This document shows, piece by piece, positions 1 to 18,950 of a DNA stretch of 64,000 bases (positions are counted from its first letter, which is position 1; the number at the start of each line of letters is the position of its first letter). The DNA comes from the human T2T-CHM13v2.0 reference genome, Homo sapiens, in the NCBI RefSeq assembly GCF_009914755.1, contig NC_060932.1; one strand, 5' to 3'. The position numbers and the translations under genes were made by a program. The notes below the pieces were generated by a model, which did not search any database, was not told where the DNA came from, and saw nothing but the letters and a program-made list of their open reading frames with translations.

Positions 1-1651
1 CTCCAGCACACCCGGATGTAGGAAATGTCACATTCCTATTTCTGTAACTTCACTTAAATCTGCTCTGAGTCTCTGGATGCCTGGCAGGTGGAGAATTCAA
101 TCTTGTCGTTACCAGTATTCCTTTCCCTTCTCCATGGGCTTATGTAAGAATTCTGGGCTTACACACTGTTGGAAAGCCAGGTAGGAACTACCTCCCCCGA
201 ACTCTCCATTCTTCCAGCTGCTCATGATCCATCAACCTTCTCTGGGCCACCTGCTATAGCAAGACCCTCCTCACAGCATCATTCCACTGACCCACAGGCT
301 CAGCCCCAGGGACCCTCACTAGAACAGGTCTCCACTATGCATAGGAACTCACAAAAACCTTCTCTTCATCTTGGCTTCTGCTGATATCCAGCCACTCCCC
401 CACTTCTCATCTTAAACACAGATGGCAGCTCCTTCCCATCGTTCCAAAACAGGGGGATTGTCCAGCCAAATTCTCTGCAGACACCAAAGCTTCACCCGTC
501 CTCTTCAGGGAGGTGATGCAAGGGCATCTGATTTCTTTGGAAGCCCAATTCTGGCCTCTCTTTGGGGTGGGCTGAGAGTGGGAACCAGACTCTCTTTTCC
601 AAATGTCATGTTTATCTTGTTCATCATTATATTATCTCCAATGCCTGGCCCATAGTAGGCACTACAGACTGACACATAGTAGGTGCTATTAGTGTCTGTA
701 TAATGGGACTCTTGAGGTTGAAGCTATTAGCAGAAACCTGCCAAGCAAAAGGATGGAAAACCAACCACCAAAAAAAAAAAAAAAAAAAAGAAAAGAAAAA
801 GAAAACAATCGTGGCTTTGAGCTCTAAACACACAAGGCACCAGCCCAAGTTTGGGCAATTTTACTACAACAGCCATTTTGCCTCCAAACAAACTGGCACT
901 GGAAACCTCCCTCTGCCTCTTAAAGAGAACCAGTTTCCCTTTCTCTAAGTGGACAGCATTTCTCCCCGGTGGCAGTACCCAGCCCACTGCCACCAGCAAA
1001 CGACTGCAGCCAGGAGCCAAGAGCTTGATAGTTTAAAGAATAGATCTTATAGGGAAAAACAAAGTAACATCCACATAGATCTGGAACTACCACCACTTTC
1101 CAGAGGCCGAATCCCATTTGTAAATTCTCTTGCGTGTCAAGCACCTTGCAGTCAGCTCAACTACACACTTTTGGGATTCGTTGCAGAGAAGAGTGAAGGT
1201 TATCTGCAAAATAAAGGAACCAGGGCTCAGAATTCCCAGAGCAATCCATGACAGAGGAGGTGAGTTGAAAAGGGAAGGGTGAAGTCAAAGGAGAGAAGTC
1301 AATGAGTTGGCCAACACCAAGCAAGGATCATGGGACCCTCTCCACGGCCCCACATCTCAAATGAAGTCAACAAAACCCATCAGTGCTTGGTGTAAGTGTT
1401 GTATGCTCCTGGAAATGAAAGCAGGTGCCACATTTCAGGTCAGTAGGGTCAGGGGTAGAGGCAGCTGTCATGGACTTGTGGGCCCTGGAGGATGGGATGA
1501 TTCTGAGACATTGAATCCCTACACTGATCTCAGTAGAAATCTCAGGTAGGGCTTCAACATTCGTCGACAAAGGACTCTGTGGGCATCAGAGCAACAGCCT
1601 TGGTGCATGTCCAAGCTCCATCAATCCCAACTGGGGCTTTGAACAAGTTAC

Positions 1652-2330
1652 TTATTTTTTTTAACTAACGTTATTTTAATTGACAAATCATAATTGTACC
1701 CATGTATGTGATGTTTTGATATATGTATACAATGTGGGATGATTAGATCAAACTAATGAACACGTCCATCCCCTAATTTACTGACAATTTTCATGATGCG
1801 ACATTTGAAATGTACCCACTTAGTTATTTTGAAAGATACATTATTATTGACTATAGTCACGCTGCTGTGCTATAGATTTCAAAACATATAATCCAGCAAC
1901 CCAACTTCTGGATATAGACCAAAAAAAAATCAAAATCAATATGTCGAAGGGATCCCTAAATTCCTATGTTCACTGCAGCTCTATTCACAATACCCAAGAT
2001 ATAGAATCAACCTAAGTGTCCATGAGTGGATGAAAGGATAAAGCAAATGTACTATATACACACAAAGGAATACTATTAACCCTTAAAAAAGAAAGAAATC
2101 CTGTCATTTTCAACAACATAGATGAACTTGAAAGACATTGTGTTAAGTGAAATAAGCCAGGCACAGAAAGACAGATACTGCATGATTTTATTGTATGTGG
2201 AATCTAAAGAAGTTGAACTCACAGAAATAGAGAGTAGGACAGTGGTTATCAGGGGCTGGGGTGAAGGAAAGGGAGGGGATAGGAGACACTGGTCAAAGGG
2301 TACAAAGTTTCCAATAGGAAGAATAGTTTT
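1652..2330 (-). mobile_element. Old L1 (L1MA-like) 3' fragment with 5' inversion (twin-priming structure)
   Basis: Poly(T) at ~1655 then minus-strand L1 3' end to ~1890, followed by a plus-strand upstream L1 segment to ~2330. Flanks TTGAACAAGTTA / TTAAACAAGCTA resemble a TSD. Copy at ~59155-59835. Confidence 0.75.
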
Positions 2331-2635
2331 AAACAAGCTAAACTCCTCTGAAAGCTCAGTTCCTCATCTGTAGAGCACGGATACATCATTAACCTTCTAA
2401 GGATGTTGCTGTGAGAGTAAGAGATGATGTTCAGCACAATACCTAACGCACAGTCAGGTCTCCTTAAGCTTGAACCTGCATCGCCATGACCTCTACATCT
2501 CAGGACAGAAAGGCTCACAGCCAGTGTCTCAGTTCCCAATGAAAAGTGGATCCCAGACCAGGCTGGACAGCAGGATCCCTAGGGGATACCCCACCCTACT
2601 GAGTCAGAATCAATCACCAGAGGTAGAACCTGGGT

Positions 2636-2640
2636 ATGTA

Positions 2641-2696
<56 letters not shown>
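2636..2696. repeat. (TG)n microsatellite at an Alu tail
   Basis: About 24 perfect TG units; the paralogous tract is at ~60133-60210. Confidence 0.97.
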
Positions 2697-2697
<1 letters not shown>

Positions 2698-2699
2698 AC

Positions 2700-4184
<1,485 letters not shown>

Positions 4185-4839
4185 TGGAATCTATTTTTAA
4201 AGCCAATCAAGCGTTGAATAAAATTGCAACTTGGGCTGTTTTTTCTTTGCATTTTTTACATTTCAATGGTTTTCAATATATTCAGAGATATACACAAACA
4301 TTACCAGTCAATTTTAGAACATTTCATGACCTCAAAAAGAAACCTCATACCCTTTAGCTAACACCCCCATCCTCCCATGCCCCTACCACCCCTAAGCAAC
4401 CACTAATCGACTTCCTATTTCTGTAGATTTCCATCTGAATGAAATCATGTAGAATGTGATCTTTCATCTGTTTTGAAGGTTCATCCACGCTGTAGCGTAT
4501 GTACTATCCTCCTTTTTGTGATCAAATAATATTCCACCATGTGGGTAGACAACAATAGGTGTATCTCTTCATCTGGTGATGGGCATTTGGATTAATTCTC
4601 TCTTTGGGTTATTAGGAGTGATGCTACTGTAATTATTCATGTACAAAATTTTGTGTGGACCTGTGCTTTCATTTTTGAATATGAAAATACTGCGCATCTC
4701 CAAGGAAGACATACAAGTGGTCAATAAGCACATGAAAAGATGCTCAATGAAATTCATCATCAGGGAAACAGAAATCAAAACCACAATTAGATACCACTTC
4801 ATACCCATAAGCATGGCTAGAATCGAAGATAGAGAAAAT

Positions 4840-5150
4840 TGGCCTGGTGCGGTGGCTCATGCCTGTAATCCCAGCACTTTGGGAGACCGAGGCAGGTGGA
4901 TCACCTGAGGCCAGGAGTGTGAGACCAGCCTGGCCAACATGGTGAAACCATGTCTGTACTAAAAAAATACAAAAATTAGCCAGGCATGGTGGCAGGTTCC
5001 TATAATCCCAGCTACTCGGGAGGCTGAGGCAGGAGAGTAACTTGAATCTGGAGGCAGAGGTTGCAGTGAGCTGAGATTGTGCCACTGCACTCCAGCCTGG
5101 GCGACAGAGCAAGACTTTGTCTCAAAAAAAAAAAAAAAAAAAACAAAAAA
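4840..5150 (+). mobile_element. AluS within an old L1 fragment
   Basis: GGCCTGGTGCGGTGGCTCATGCCTGTAATCCCAGC start and A-tail; flanking L1 ORF2-like text (SKEDIQVVNKHMKRCS). Confidence 0.9.
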
Positions 5151-5974
5151 CAGAAAATAACAAGTTTTGGTGAGGATGCAGAGAAACTAGAACCTTCATA
5201 CACAGCTGGTAGGAATTAAAATGGTGTAGCCACTGTGAGAAACAGTTTAACAACTTCCCAAACAATTCTACATAGAGTTACCAAATGACCTAGCAATTGT
5301 ACTCCTAGATATAGGCCCAACTTGGGCTCTTTCAATCTATGGAAAATGAACTGTGGGTACTTGGCAAGAACAAAGACGGAGAGAGGCAGAAATGCTGCCA
5401 TGAGAGCACATTGATTGGTCTCTAGTACACATGGTTTCTACTGCAAATGGTCTCTAAATGACTTCATCAGTTGCTCAGAAAAAAAATGACCCTCTGCTCC
5501 AATCGTGGAGGAAGAAGTCTTACCTGGTGAGCCACGGTAAGACTGACTGCTAAACTTTATGAATGATGAGGGGATGTGCACGTATAATCTTAACTGTACA
5601 TCAAATGTTAATTTTTTATTTTATCCACTGTCTTTGAAAACCTAACTCTTGACTAAGAACTGACTTTCCTGTACTTGTTGTTGACTCTAAGTAAATTTCC
5701 AATTCCACATAGTCCAAAGATGATGTGCTGAGAAATCTCTCAAAGGAAAAATGCTAAGAATACAGGCAGAGTTATGCGGCAAATTTTGCAGAATTAACAC
5801 AAATTGCACTTGTGGGTATGAAGCACAAAACATTTTCATGGGTAAAGAAAAAAGTGTTCTTCATTCTAGTAGACGCTGCAGGATGAGGCCGATCAAGGTG
5901 TCTGCCCAGCCAGACCTTGGACTCTTACCTAGTTTGTGTTAGAGTCAACTCTGAGGGAGTCTGTATTTCAGTCA

Positions 5975-7522
5975 TCTTTTTTTTTTGACATGGAATCTTG
6001 CTCTGTCTCCCAGGCTGGAATGCAGCGGTGTGATCTCAGCTCACTGAAACATCTGCCTTCTGGGTTCAAGCGATTCTCCTGTCTCAGCTTCCCAAGTATA
6101 TGGGACTACGTGTGCATGCCACCATGCCTGGCTAATTTTTGTATTTTTAGTAAAGACGTTTCATCATGTTGGCCAGGCTGTGCTCAAACTCCTGCCCTCA
6201 AGTGATGCGCCTGCTTTGGCCTCCCAAAGTGCTGGGATTACAGGCATGAGCCACCATGTCCGATCTCAGTCATCTTTTTATCCTCCACACCTGGCAAGTT
6301 CTAGACACACTGTGGTTCCATACAAGTTTGTTGAATAAACAGGAGACAGAAAGTGGGAATTCTGGAAGTAGAGAAGATTCCAGAAATTGTGCATATTTCC
6401 CAGAGACTGTGGCCCAATTCCTCAGTCCTGCCAGAGTTTCTCTATCTCAACTCAAACCTTATGTATGGGCCCAGGTGCAGTGGCTCACACCTGTAATCCC
6501 AACACTTTAGGAGGCTGAGGTGCGCAGATCACTTGAGGCCAGGAGTTTGAGACCAGCCTGGCCAACATGGTGAAACCCCGTCTCTACTAAAAATACAAAA
6601 ATTACCCAGGCATGGTGTTCTGCACCTGTAGTCCCAGCTACTCAGGTGGCTGAGGCACAAGCATTGCTTGAACCCAGGAGGCGGAGGTTGCAGTGAGTCA
6701 CGATTATGCCACTGTACTCTAGCCTAGGCAATAAAGCAAGACTGTCACAAAAGAAAAAAAAAAAACCCTTAAGTGTGGGCCTTGTTACAGAATTAATGTT
6801 TATATGGACAATATGTACATGGGTGTATGTTAAGAGCATGAGCCATCCACAAGATTTTAGCAAAGTCCATTTGGAAAGCTCAATGCTTTGGGCTTCCACT
6901 TGCTTTGCTGCCTCTGTCCTCAGAAGGAGGCTTCATCCTTCCATGTAACCAGCAAATCCTTTATGCAGAGATGTACACAACGCACTCCTCTCCTTGGCTA
7001 TGACACCTTGAAATGGTCCTCTTGGTGGCCCCTGGTGCTCATTTCAGAGTAGTTCAAATTAAGGTGATCAGCTTTCATGCCAATCACTCTACAAATTACT
7101 CCTATTATGACCAATTTTTCTAAATGCTTTATTGAATTATTACTTAAAGAAATGTGCACATAGAAGAGGTCAACACAGTACTTTTCTTACAAACTGAACA
7201 TACTGGCCAGAAGCAGTGGCTCATGCCTGCCATCCCAGCACTTTGGGAGGCCGAGGTGAGCAGATTGCATGAGCCCAGGAGCTTGAGACCAGCCTGGGCA
7301 GCATAGTGAGACACTCCTCTCTACAAAAAAATAAATAAATAAAAAATTAGGCAACAGTGGTGGCACCTGCCTGTAGTCCCAGCTACTAGGGAGGGCTGAG
7401 GTGGGAGGACTGCTGGAGCCCAGGAGGCAGAGGCTGCAGTGAGCCATGACGGTGCCACTGTGCTCCAGCCTAGGTGACAGAGCAAGATCCTGCCTCAAAA
7501 TCAACAACAACAACAAAAAAAA
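5975..7522. mobile_element. Alu cluster (~5975-6262 minus, ~6467-6765 plus, ~7205-7522 plus)
   Basis: Standard Alu consensus blocks and A/T tails. Confidence 0.9.
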
Positions 7523-7672
7523 ACTGAACATCTCCATATTACTGACACCCAATTCAAGAAACAAAATATTACAGCCCCTTCCAGGATATTCCTGGGGTCT
7601 CTTCCATCTCTACTAACCCCTGACTACAAACAGCCTCCACCTATTTCACCTGACATTGTACTTTATGAAAGC

Positions 7673-7892
7673 AGCAGTTCTCAGATGGGGCTATTTTGCC
7701 CCCTGGGGACATTAGGGAGTATCTGGAGACACTGAGGGTTGTGTCTACTTGGGGGGAGTTGTGTTACTGCATCCAGTGAGTCCAGGGATCCAGGGATGCC
7801 GCTCAACATCCTGAAATGCACAGGGAACCCCCACACATAGAACAGAGAAATTGCTGAGCCAAAATGTCAGCAGTGTCACAGCTGACACCCTG
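7673..7892. mobile_element. MER20 (hAT-Charlie) DNA transposon remnant
   Basis: CAGCAGTTCTCA...TTTTGCCCCCTGGGGACATT...ATCTGGAGACA...CCAAAATGTCAGCAGTG matches MER20. Similar elements at ~30347-30578 and ~37328-37561. Confidence 0.75.
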
Positions 7893-9054
7893 ATATACAC
7901 ACTATCACACAGTATCTGCTCTTTCGGGCTCAGGATCTTTTTCATTCTAATCATCTCATAGGAAACAGAAATGTCATTTAGAGGTAGGTAGAGTCCACAA
8001 CAAAGAAGAACCTGAGTTTTTTTTTTTTTTTTAATCAGCCTGGTGCCTTTAGAGCTAGGATTTAGTTTCTATTCTTTCTGTCTCATTTTCAAGTGATTTT
8101 TTTCTTCAAATGGCATCTACTGGGCTCAAGAACTGGAGATCCCCACAAAGCTGAGATTCACATGGGAATTTTGTACACACCCACACAGGTATACACTTCC
8201 ATTTACATGCAGACATCCACCCACAGATACACACATCCGGAGACCAAGACAGAACGCAAACTGCCCCATAAAAGCACGGTTCCCCAAACAGGAGAAACGC
8301 ACCATTCACTCCAGGGAGGTATCTATTTGTTTAATTCAGCCTCTGATAGTCAGGCTGTTGCCAAGCCCAGCTCTGAAACTCTTCCCCTCTAGGAAAGAAA
8401 GATGGATTTTTTCTTTACTCAAGAATATAGATCTAAAAAAAAAAAAAACACTTCTGCATCTCAAAGCAGGCTCTACCTCCTGAGCTACACATATTGATCA
8501 GCTTTTTATTGTCAATTTTCTTTTAATTGAATTGGAGAAAAATATAAATTATGTTCTTACTGACAGTTTGGAATCAGTTACACTAAATCCAATTCTCTGG
8601 GTTCTCATGATTAAGGTGTTTAATTTGGGGGACAACAAAGCAAAAGCATTGGTCGTGTTTTAATATAATTAGTACAGGATATATCTAAGGGGTTCAAGTA
8701 TCACTGTAGCAAGAAGCTCATTCTGCAGTAAAAGGGGGATTCTGCCACTAGGATTGAGTGAGGGTGGTTCATGGCTGCACCGTTTCATCAATGTCTCTTC
8801 AAGAGTCCATGGAATGTGGAATGGGAAAGACTGAAATAGTGCAAGTCTTGGCTAAGCTTCTATTAAGGGGTGTTAGGAGCTGATAAAATAACCTGGTCTT
8901 TATAGACATCCCACACTGTAGTTCTCTAAGCTACAGATTCTCAGATTTTTCTATTTTATGAACGAGTAAAAATATTTTTTTTAATTTGAGAACCAACATA
9001 AGGTTGCTATCTTTTTTTTCTTTTGGGTAAGAAGGAACTTTTTTAAACTACCAG

Positions 9055-9056
<2 letters not shown>

Positions 9057-9096
<40 letters not shown>
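9057..9096. repeat. (AC)n microsatellite
   Basis: About 20 perfect AC units. Confidence 0.97.
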
Positions 9097-9101
<5 letters not shown>

Positions 9102-10742
9102 TTCCACCATGATTGGTCAGAATAGGTGAGGTTTTGCTGCAATAACAAACAACTCCCAAATCTTGGTAACTTCAAACATCAGAAGTTGTTTTTCTCACTC
9201 ATGCTTCATCTGCAGGGAGGTGTGGGGTGCTCTGTTTCCCATCAAACTTGCCCTAAGACTAAGGTTAATGGGGGTTGCAATACCTCGAGTATCACCAAGC
9301 AGGGAACAGAGGGAGAAGAATGTTAGAGAGTCTTGTACTAAGAATTAAATGCTCCAGGCTAGAAGTCTAACATTGCACCTCTGCCCCCAGCCTCTTGGCC
9401 AGTACTAGCCACATCCCCTCCCCAACCACAGGGCAATACATGAAGACAGGAGAATTGGATACATTACAAATTTCTACCCCATGGCATTTCATAAAAGAGA
9501 AAAAAATGCCAATACAAAAATGTTTTAATAGAATAGAATATATACATTTTTAGAATAAAGAACAATCCTCCAAAAAGGACAGCTGGTGGTCTCTCAACAA
9601 TGGGCACATTTCTGTGACATTTTCTCTGTTTTTCCATTTTATCCTTGACCTATGAACATTTTATACAGATGGTCCAAAGAACACCATTTGGGGACCACTG
9701 CTGTAATCAGGTGATGAAAACGGCCCCAAGAACAGAGCACAGTCTCTTTAGCAAAGACCCAGCAGGGCCAGGGTGACCATGTTCTCACCATCAATGTGCA
9801 GACATCCACCTGCAGCATCCTCACATCCCAACATCAAACAGTGGCTCTTTATAGCTTGATTCTAATGCCCTTTGATCTTCATAATCATTGTAAAGCTCTC
9901 TGGCCCCAAGATCTAACATCGCCACTCTAGCTACATCCTGCAACTGTTCACCTCTCCTGCCTCCTCATCCCTCTAAACTTCTCTTCACAACCTCATGTTT
10001 CCTTCTTGCTTTACCTTCCTGCTCAGCCTGGACCTTACAGTCACCTTCTTCTTGTAATGTGCTCCTAAACTCTTTCTTCCCTTCCTTCAACCACACCCAC
10101 CTGGAAAATCTCCATACCCCATTGACGACTTGCCTCGCAACTGCCCAAGGGCTGCTGAATGATACTGGAAAGAATCACAACATGGATCTGGTAGTTCCAC
10201 TAAATAATCTCACCATCCAACTCTAGGGCAGACTTCACTTCTGTTCAGCAATATTTTTAAGCATCACAAATAAATTCCAAACCATATTTGCTATAACAAT
10301 TGACTGTAAACCTCTTCCATATCTCAAAGCCCCCCAAACCCAGCCCTAGGGGTTTCAGAGCCCAGAGTTGAGTTCTCTCAACTCACTTCCATCTCACCCC
10401 TAGATCACTGTATCTTGATCCTCTTCCTCTGCCTTTCCCATGTTATAAGGAGAAGCATCCTTCTCCTTTCCCAAGCTACCTTCTCCACTTGTGCCTCATT
10501 TGAGACCTGCCTTTATCACCCGTTCCCTTGGAACTCCCATGACTCACCACCTTCACTTGTCATTTCACTCATAAATATTTTGCACCGTGTATGTGCCAGG
10601 CGATTAACATATAATCATGCTTAAGTCTCCACATGCTAACAAGAAAAACCTTGATTATCCCTGCTATGCCCTCAAGTCATTACCCTCCCCGCTCCTTTCC
10701 TGTGTTCCCAAACTTTGTTGATCTTCATCAATCCCTCTGATG

Positions 10743-10891
10743 CAGATGGCTCCGAAGTTTGCATCCTATTAGGTTGGTGCAAAAGTAATTGCGGATTTTG
10801 CCATTAAAAGTAATGGCAAAAACAGCAATTATTTTTGTAGCAGCCTAGTATCTTTTCTCCTTCTACCAAACTTTGTCCCTGAGACATCTCA
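10743..10891 (+). ncRNA. MIR548I: mir-548i-type pre-miRNA hairpin; mature-like sequence at 10781-10802
   Basis: AAAAGTAATTGCGGATTTTGCC matches miR-548i as I recall it. Flanks CAGATGGCTC...CATCTCA match the recalled mir-548i precursor ends. Expression is not shown. Confidence 0.8.
10769..10848. mobile_element. MADE1 MITE (Hsmar1-derived)
   Basis: 80-bp palindrome TTAGGTTGGTGCAAAAGTAATTGCGG...GCAATTATTTTTGTAGCAGCCTAG flanked by TA duplications. Confidence 0.95.
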
Positions 10892-11419
10892 TCACCTATA
10901 ACTACCTCCTCCATGCAGTTGATTCCCAGATCTGTATTATTCTACTGAAAGTCCATTCCCCAATTTTCTCGGCTAGAATAACAGAAACCCAATTAGAATT
11001 CATGCTACCAGTTTCCCACCACCACCACCACCGTCGTCCTGCCATTGTTAGCAAAACCATCTCTTGAGTGGAGCTCAAAGATTTGTAATTTCCCACTCCC
11101 CAGAAAGATAACTTCAGACTCAGCTTAGAAGTAAAGATCCTCCAGATATGGCCTCAACTACCCTCCAACCCATGTCCCCAGTGCATCCCGTTGATGCCCC
11201 CTTCAGTGGAGTTAAAATGGAGTGAGTGTTTTTCTTTTCACATACTCCTGGTGTTCTTCCACAAATACAATTTTCACCTCTTGAATATTTTCAAGGATTC
11301 TCCATGCTACACACAGAGAAATCCAAACTCCCCATCAGGACCCCAGTCTTCCCAAACCCTCTTTGCACTTTTCTGCCTCCATGCTTTTCCTTGGGTCATC
11401 CTCTTCTCTAATATAACCT

Positions 11420-11880
11420 TGTGTATTATTCTAGGTTCTCCAGAGAAAGAGCAGAGAGATAGAGGTAGAGATATACACATAGAGAGAGACAGATTGATTT
11501 GTTGTAAGGGATGGCTCACCTGGTTATGGAAGCTAAGGAGTCCTGGAGTCTGCAGCCAGCAAGCTGGAGACCCAGGACAGCCAATGATATAGTTCCAACT
11601 CGAGTCCACATGTAAAGTCAGGAGAAGATTGATGTCCCAGCTCAAATATAATCAGGTAAAAAGAGCAAATTCTCTGTGATTCTACCTTTTTGTTTTGTTC
11701 AGGCCTTCAATGGATTGGATGAGGCTCACCCACACTGGGGAGGACAATCTGCTTTATTCAGTCTACCAATTAAATGTTATCCTCATCCAGAATACCTCAG
11801 AGACACACCCAGAATAATGTGTAGCCAAATATCTGGGCACCCCACAACCCAGTCAAATTGATACATAACACTAACCATCA
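11420..11880 (-). mobile_element. MLT2-family (ERVL) solo LTR
   Basis: TGTATTATTCTAGGTTCTCCAGAGAAA...CAAATTGATACATAACACTAACCATCA, typical MLT2 termini in antisense. Confidence 0.8.
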
Positions 11881-12247
11881 TGTCTTGCTTCTACTCTCTT
11901 GCCATTTCTGCATGGCCAAATCTTTCCCTTATTTCAAGGCTTAGTTCAAATGTTACCTCTTAACTAAGCCTTCCCTGCTAACCCCAAATATTAATAGAAT
12001 TGGTTTCTCCCTTCTCTGATGTCTCAAAATATATTGTGTTTCTCTTTTATTGTATTTATTACAAACTCCCTTACAAATCAAGACAGTGATTCCCAGACAA
12101 ATTATCACAAGAGTATAAAAGAAGTCTTCTTTGAGTGTGAAATATCTCATGGAATATAGCACATGGCCTCTTCATGAAGAAACTACTGGGAGAGAAGAAG
12201 ACAAGCTGGAAGAGGCCAGGGAAAGGGGGTTAGTACAAAGCACAATG

Positions 12248-12572
<325 letters not shown>

Positions 12573-13029
12573 TCAGTGGATGGGTGCCTATAATTTCTAA
12601 GGGAAATAGAGTATAATCCAAGAATTTTATAGCCAGCTAAATTATTGCCCAATCAAAATAGGCAAAAGACACATGCTGAAGAACTTAAAGAATACAGTAT
12701 TTCTGAGCTCTTTAAAAAAAAAAGTCTTCATAATAAAATTTAGTCAGCCAAGAAATTAAAAAATAAGCAACTTGTGAATTGAATGACCATGACAAAAGGC
12801 TAGTGATAGGACTATGATTGCAGAACAGAAAGAGAAGGTGGTCAACCTTAACAACATAAAACAACCTAGAAATAACTAGTTTCCACAGGTAAAGAGAGGG
12901 ACTGTAGGAAGTAGAAGTGCTAATGCCCTTTATTAAGTCAATTAATCAGGTCTAAAATTGAAACGTGATTTTAAATATATAACTTCTTGTTTATTTTCCT
13001 CCCTAACTACCTGAGGATCAACCACCAAC

Positions 13030-13209
13030 ATGAATGACACAGTGACTACCTGGACCAGGAAGTTCATGACCAATCGACCGTTCCAGAGGAAACAAATGGT
13101 CACCAATGTCCTTCACCCCGGAAAGGCAACAAAATGTACAAGACCACAATGGATGTCATCTTCATATTAATAGTTGGACTCAGAACCCATTTTGGTGGTG
13201 GTTAAACAA
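13030..13209 (+). pseudogene. RPS24: Truncated RPS24 (eS24) processed pseudogene fragment
   Basis: ATG at 13030 gives [34 protein letters not shown], then after an internal deletion [11 protein letters not shown]...LRTHFGGG. RPS24 begins [34 protein letters not shown]. The 3' half is missing and it abuts a tail-less Alu. Confidence 0.92.
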
Positions 13210-17630
<4,421 letters not shown>

Positions 17631-18547
17631 ACTTTGCTATTTTTTTAATAGACAGCTTTGAGGTCCAGTATGATTTCACAGATTAGGAAACATCACAGGC
17701 AAAGAAGAACACTTTGCATTCAAATAGTAGAATGTTTTTGTTTTCAAGGAGCTCTCACCTGCCATCTAATCTTGTCTTCCTAGCAGTCCTGGGAGAGAAG
17801 CAGATGTGGTTTCCAATCCCACTTTCCAAAAGAGGAGACTGAGGCAGAGGCTTTGCAGATACACAGAGGACATGTGAGGACAGGTGAAGGTCATGATCAT
17901 TGTCAGCGCCCTCCCCCAACTTGACATTCCCAGACCTAGTGGACTTCCAAACAGAGGAGACAGAAGAACTGATCAATCAATTCTGCCATGGGTGCCAGGA
18001 CCCAATTTTTCCCTGGCTAACTCGGTCACATCCTGTCTGGGATCTCCAACTACTACCCATCCCACAAGTCTCAGCTAAAACAGGAATTCAACGGGGAACA
18101 TTTTTCTGAGGCTCCAGGATTGGGCCAGGCCCTCTCCATGGCTGTCTGACCTTCCCCTAATGCAGAACTTAGCGTCTGTATGTCACTATTGGTTCAAACA
18201 TGTGCCTTTCATATGCTCTCCACGTTATCTGCAGCATCTGCCAAGAATAATAATGAATGGTAAAACCTAATCTCTATTGAGTGCCGATGATGCACTTTTA
18301 ATGTGACATCTTATTTAATCCTCACTATATCTGCAAGAGTAGAAGCTATTAATAGCCAATTTTCAGATAAGAAAGTCAAAGCACAGTTTCTATAACTTAC
18401 CCAAGCAGCTAGCTAGGAGGCAGCTCAGTTTGAGCCCAGGGAATCATATTCCAGAGATCATGTTCTCAATTACTAGAGCAGGTACCTCCCCAGAATCTAG
18501 CAGGTGGTTAACGAGTCTTTGTGGAATAAATGAACAGAAGGACAACA

Positions 18548-18950
18548 GATGGATGGATACATAGGTGGATGGGTGGATAATGGGTGGGCGGGCAGGTGGA
18601 CGAATGAATGGATGGTTGAGTCAGTGAAGGGATGGCTGAGTGGGTGGAGAAATGGATGAGTGGGTGAGGGGTTGGAGGGATAAATGGATGGATGGGTGGG
18701 TGGATAGATGGTTAGATGAGTAAACGGGTGGATAGATGCATGGGTGAGTGGATGGATAGAGGGTGGTGGTGGATGGGTAGGTGGATGATAGCTGGGTGTA
18801 TAAGAGAGTGGGTTGGATGGATAGATTGGTGGGTGGGTAGATAGATGGGTGGGTGGTTGGATGTATGCATGTCTGGATGGATGGATGGATGGACGGATGG
18901 AAGGAAGGAAGGGTGGATGGGTGGATGGATGGATGGACAGATGAACAGAT
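18548..18950. repeat. Degenerate (GGAT/GGGT)n simple repeat
   Basis: About 400 bp of TGGA/TGGG tetramers. Confidence 0.95.
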
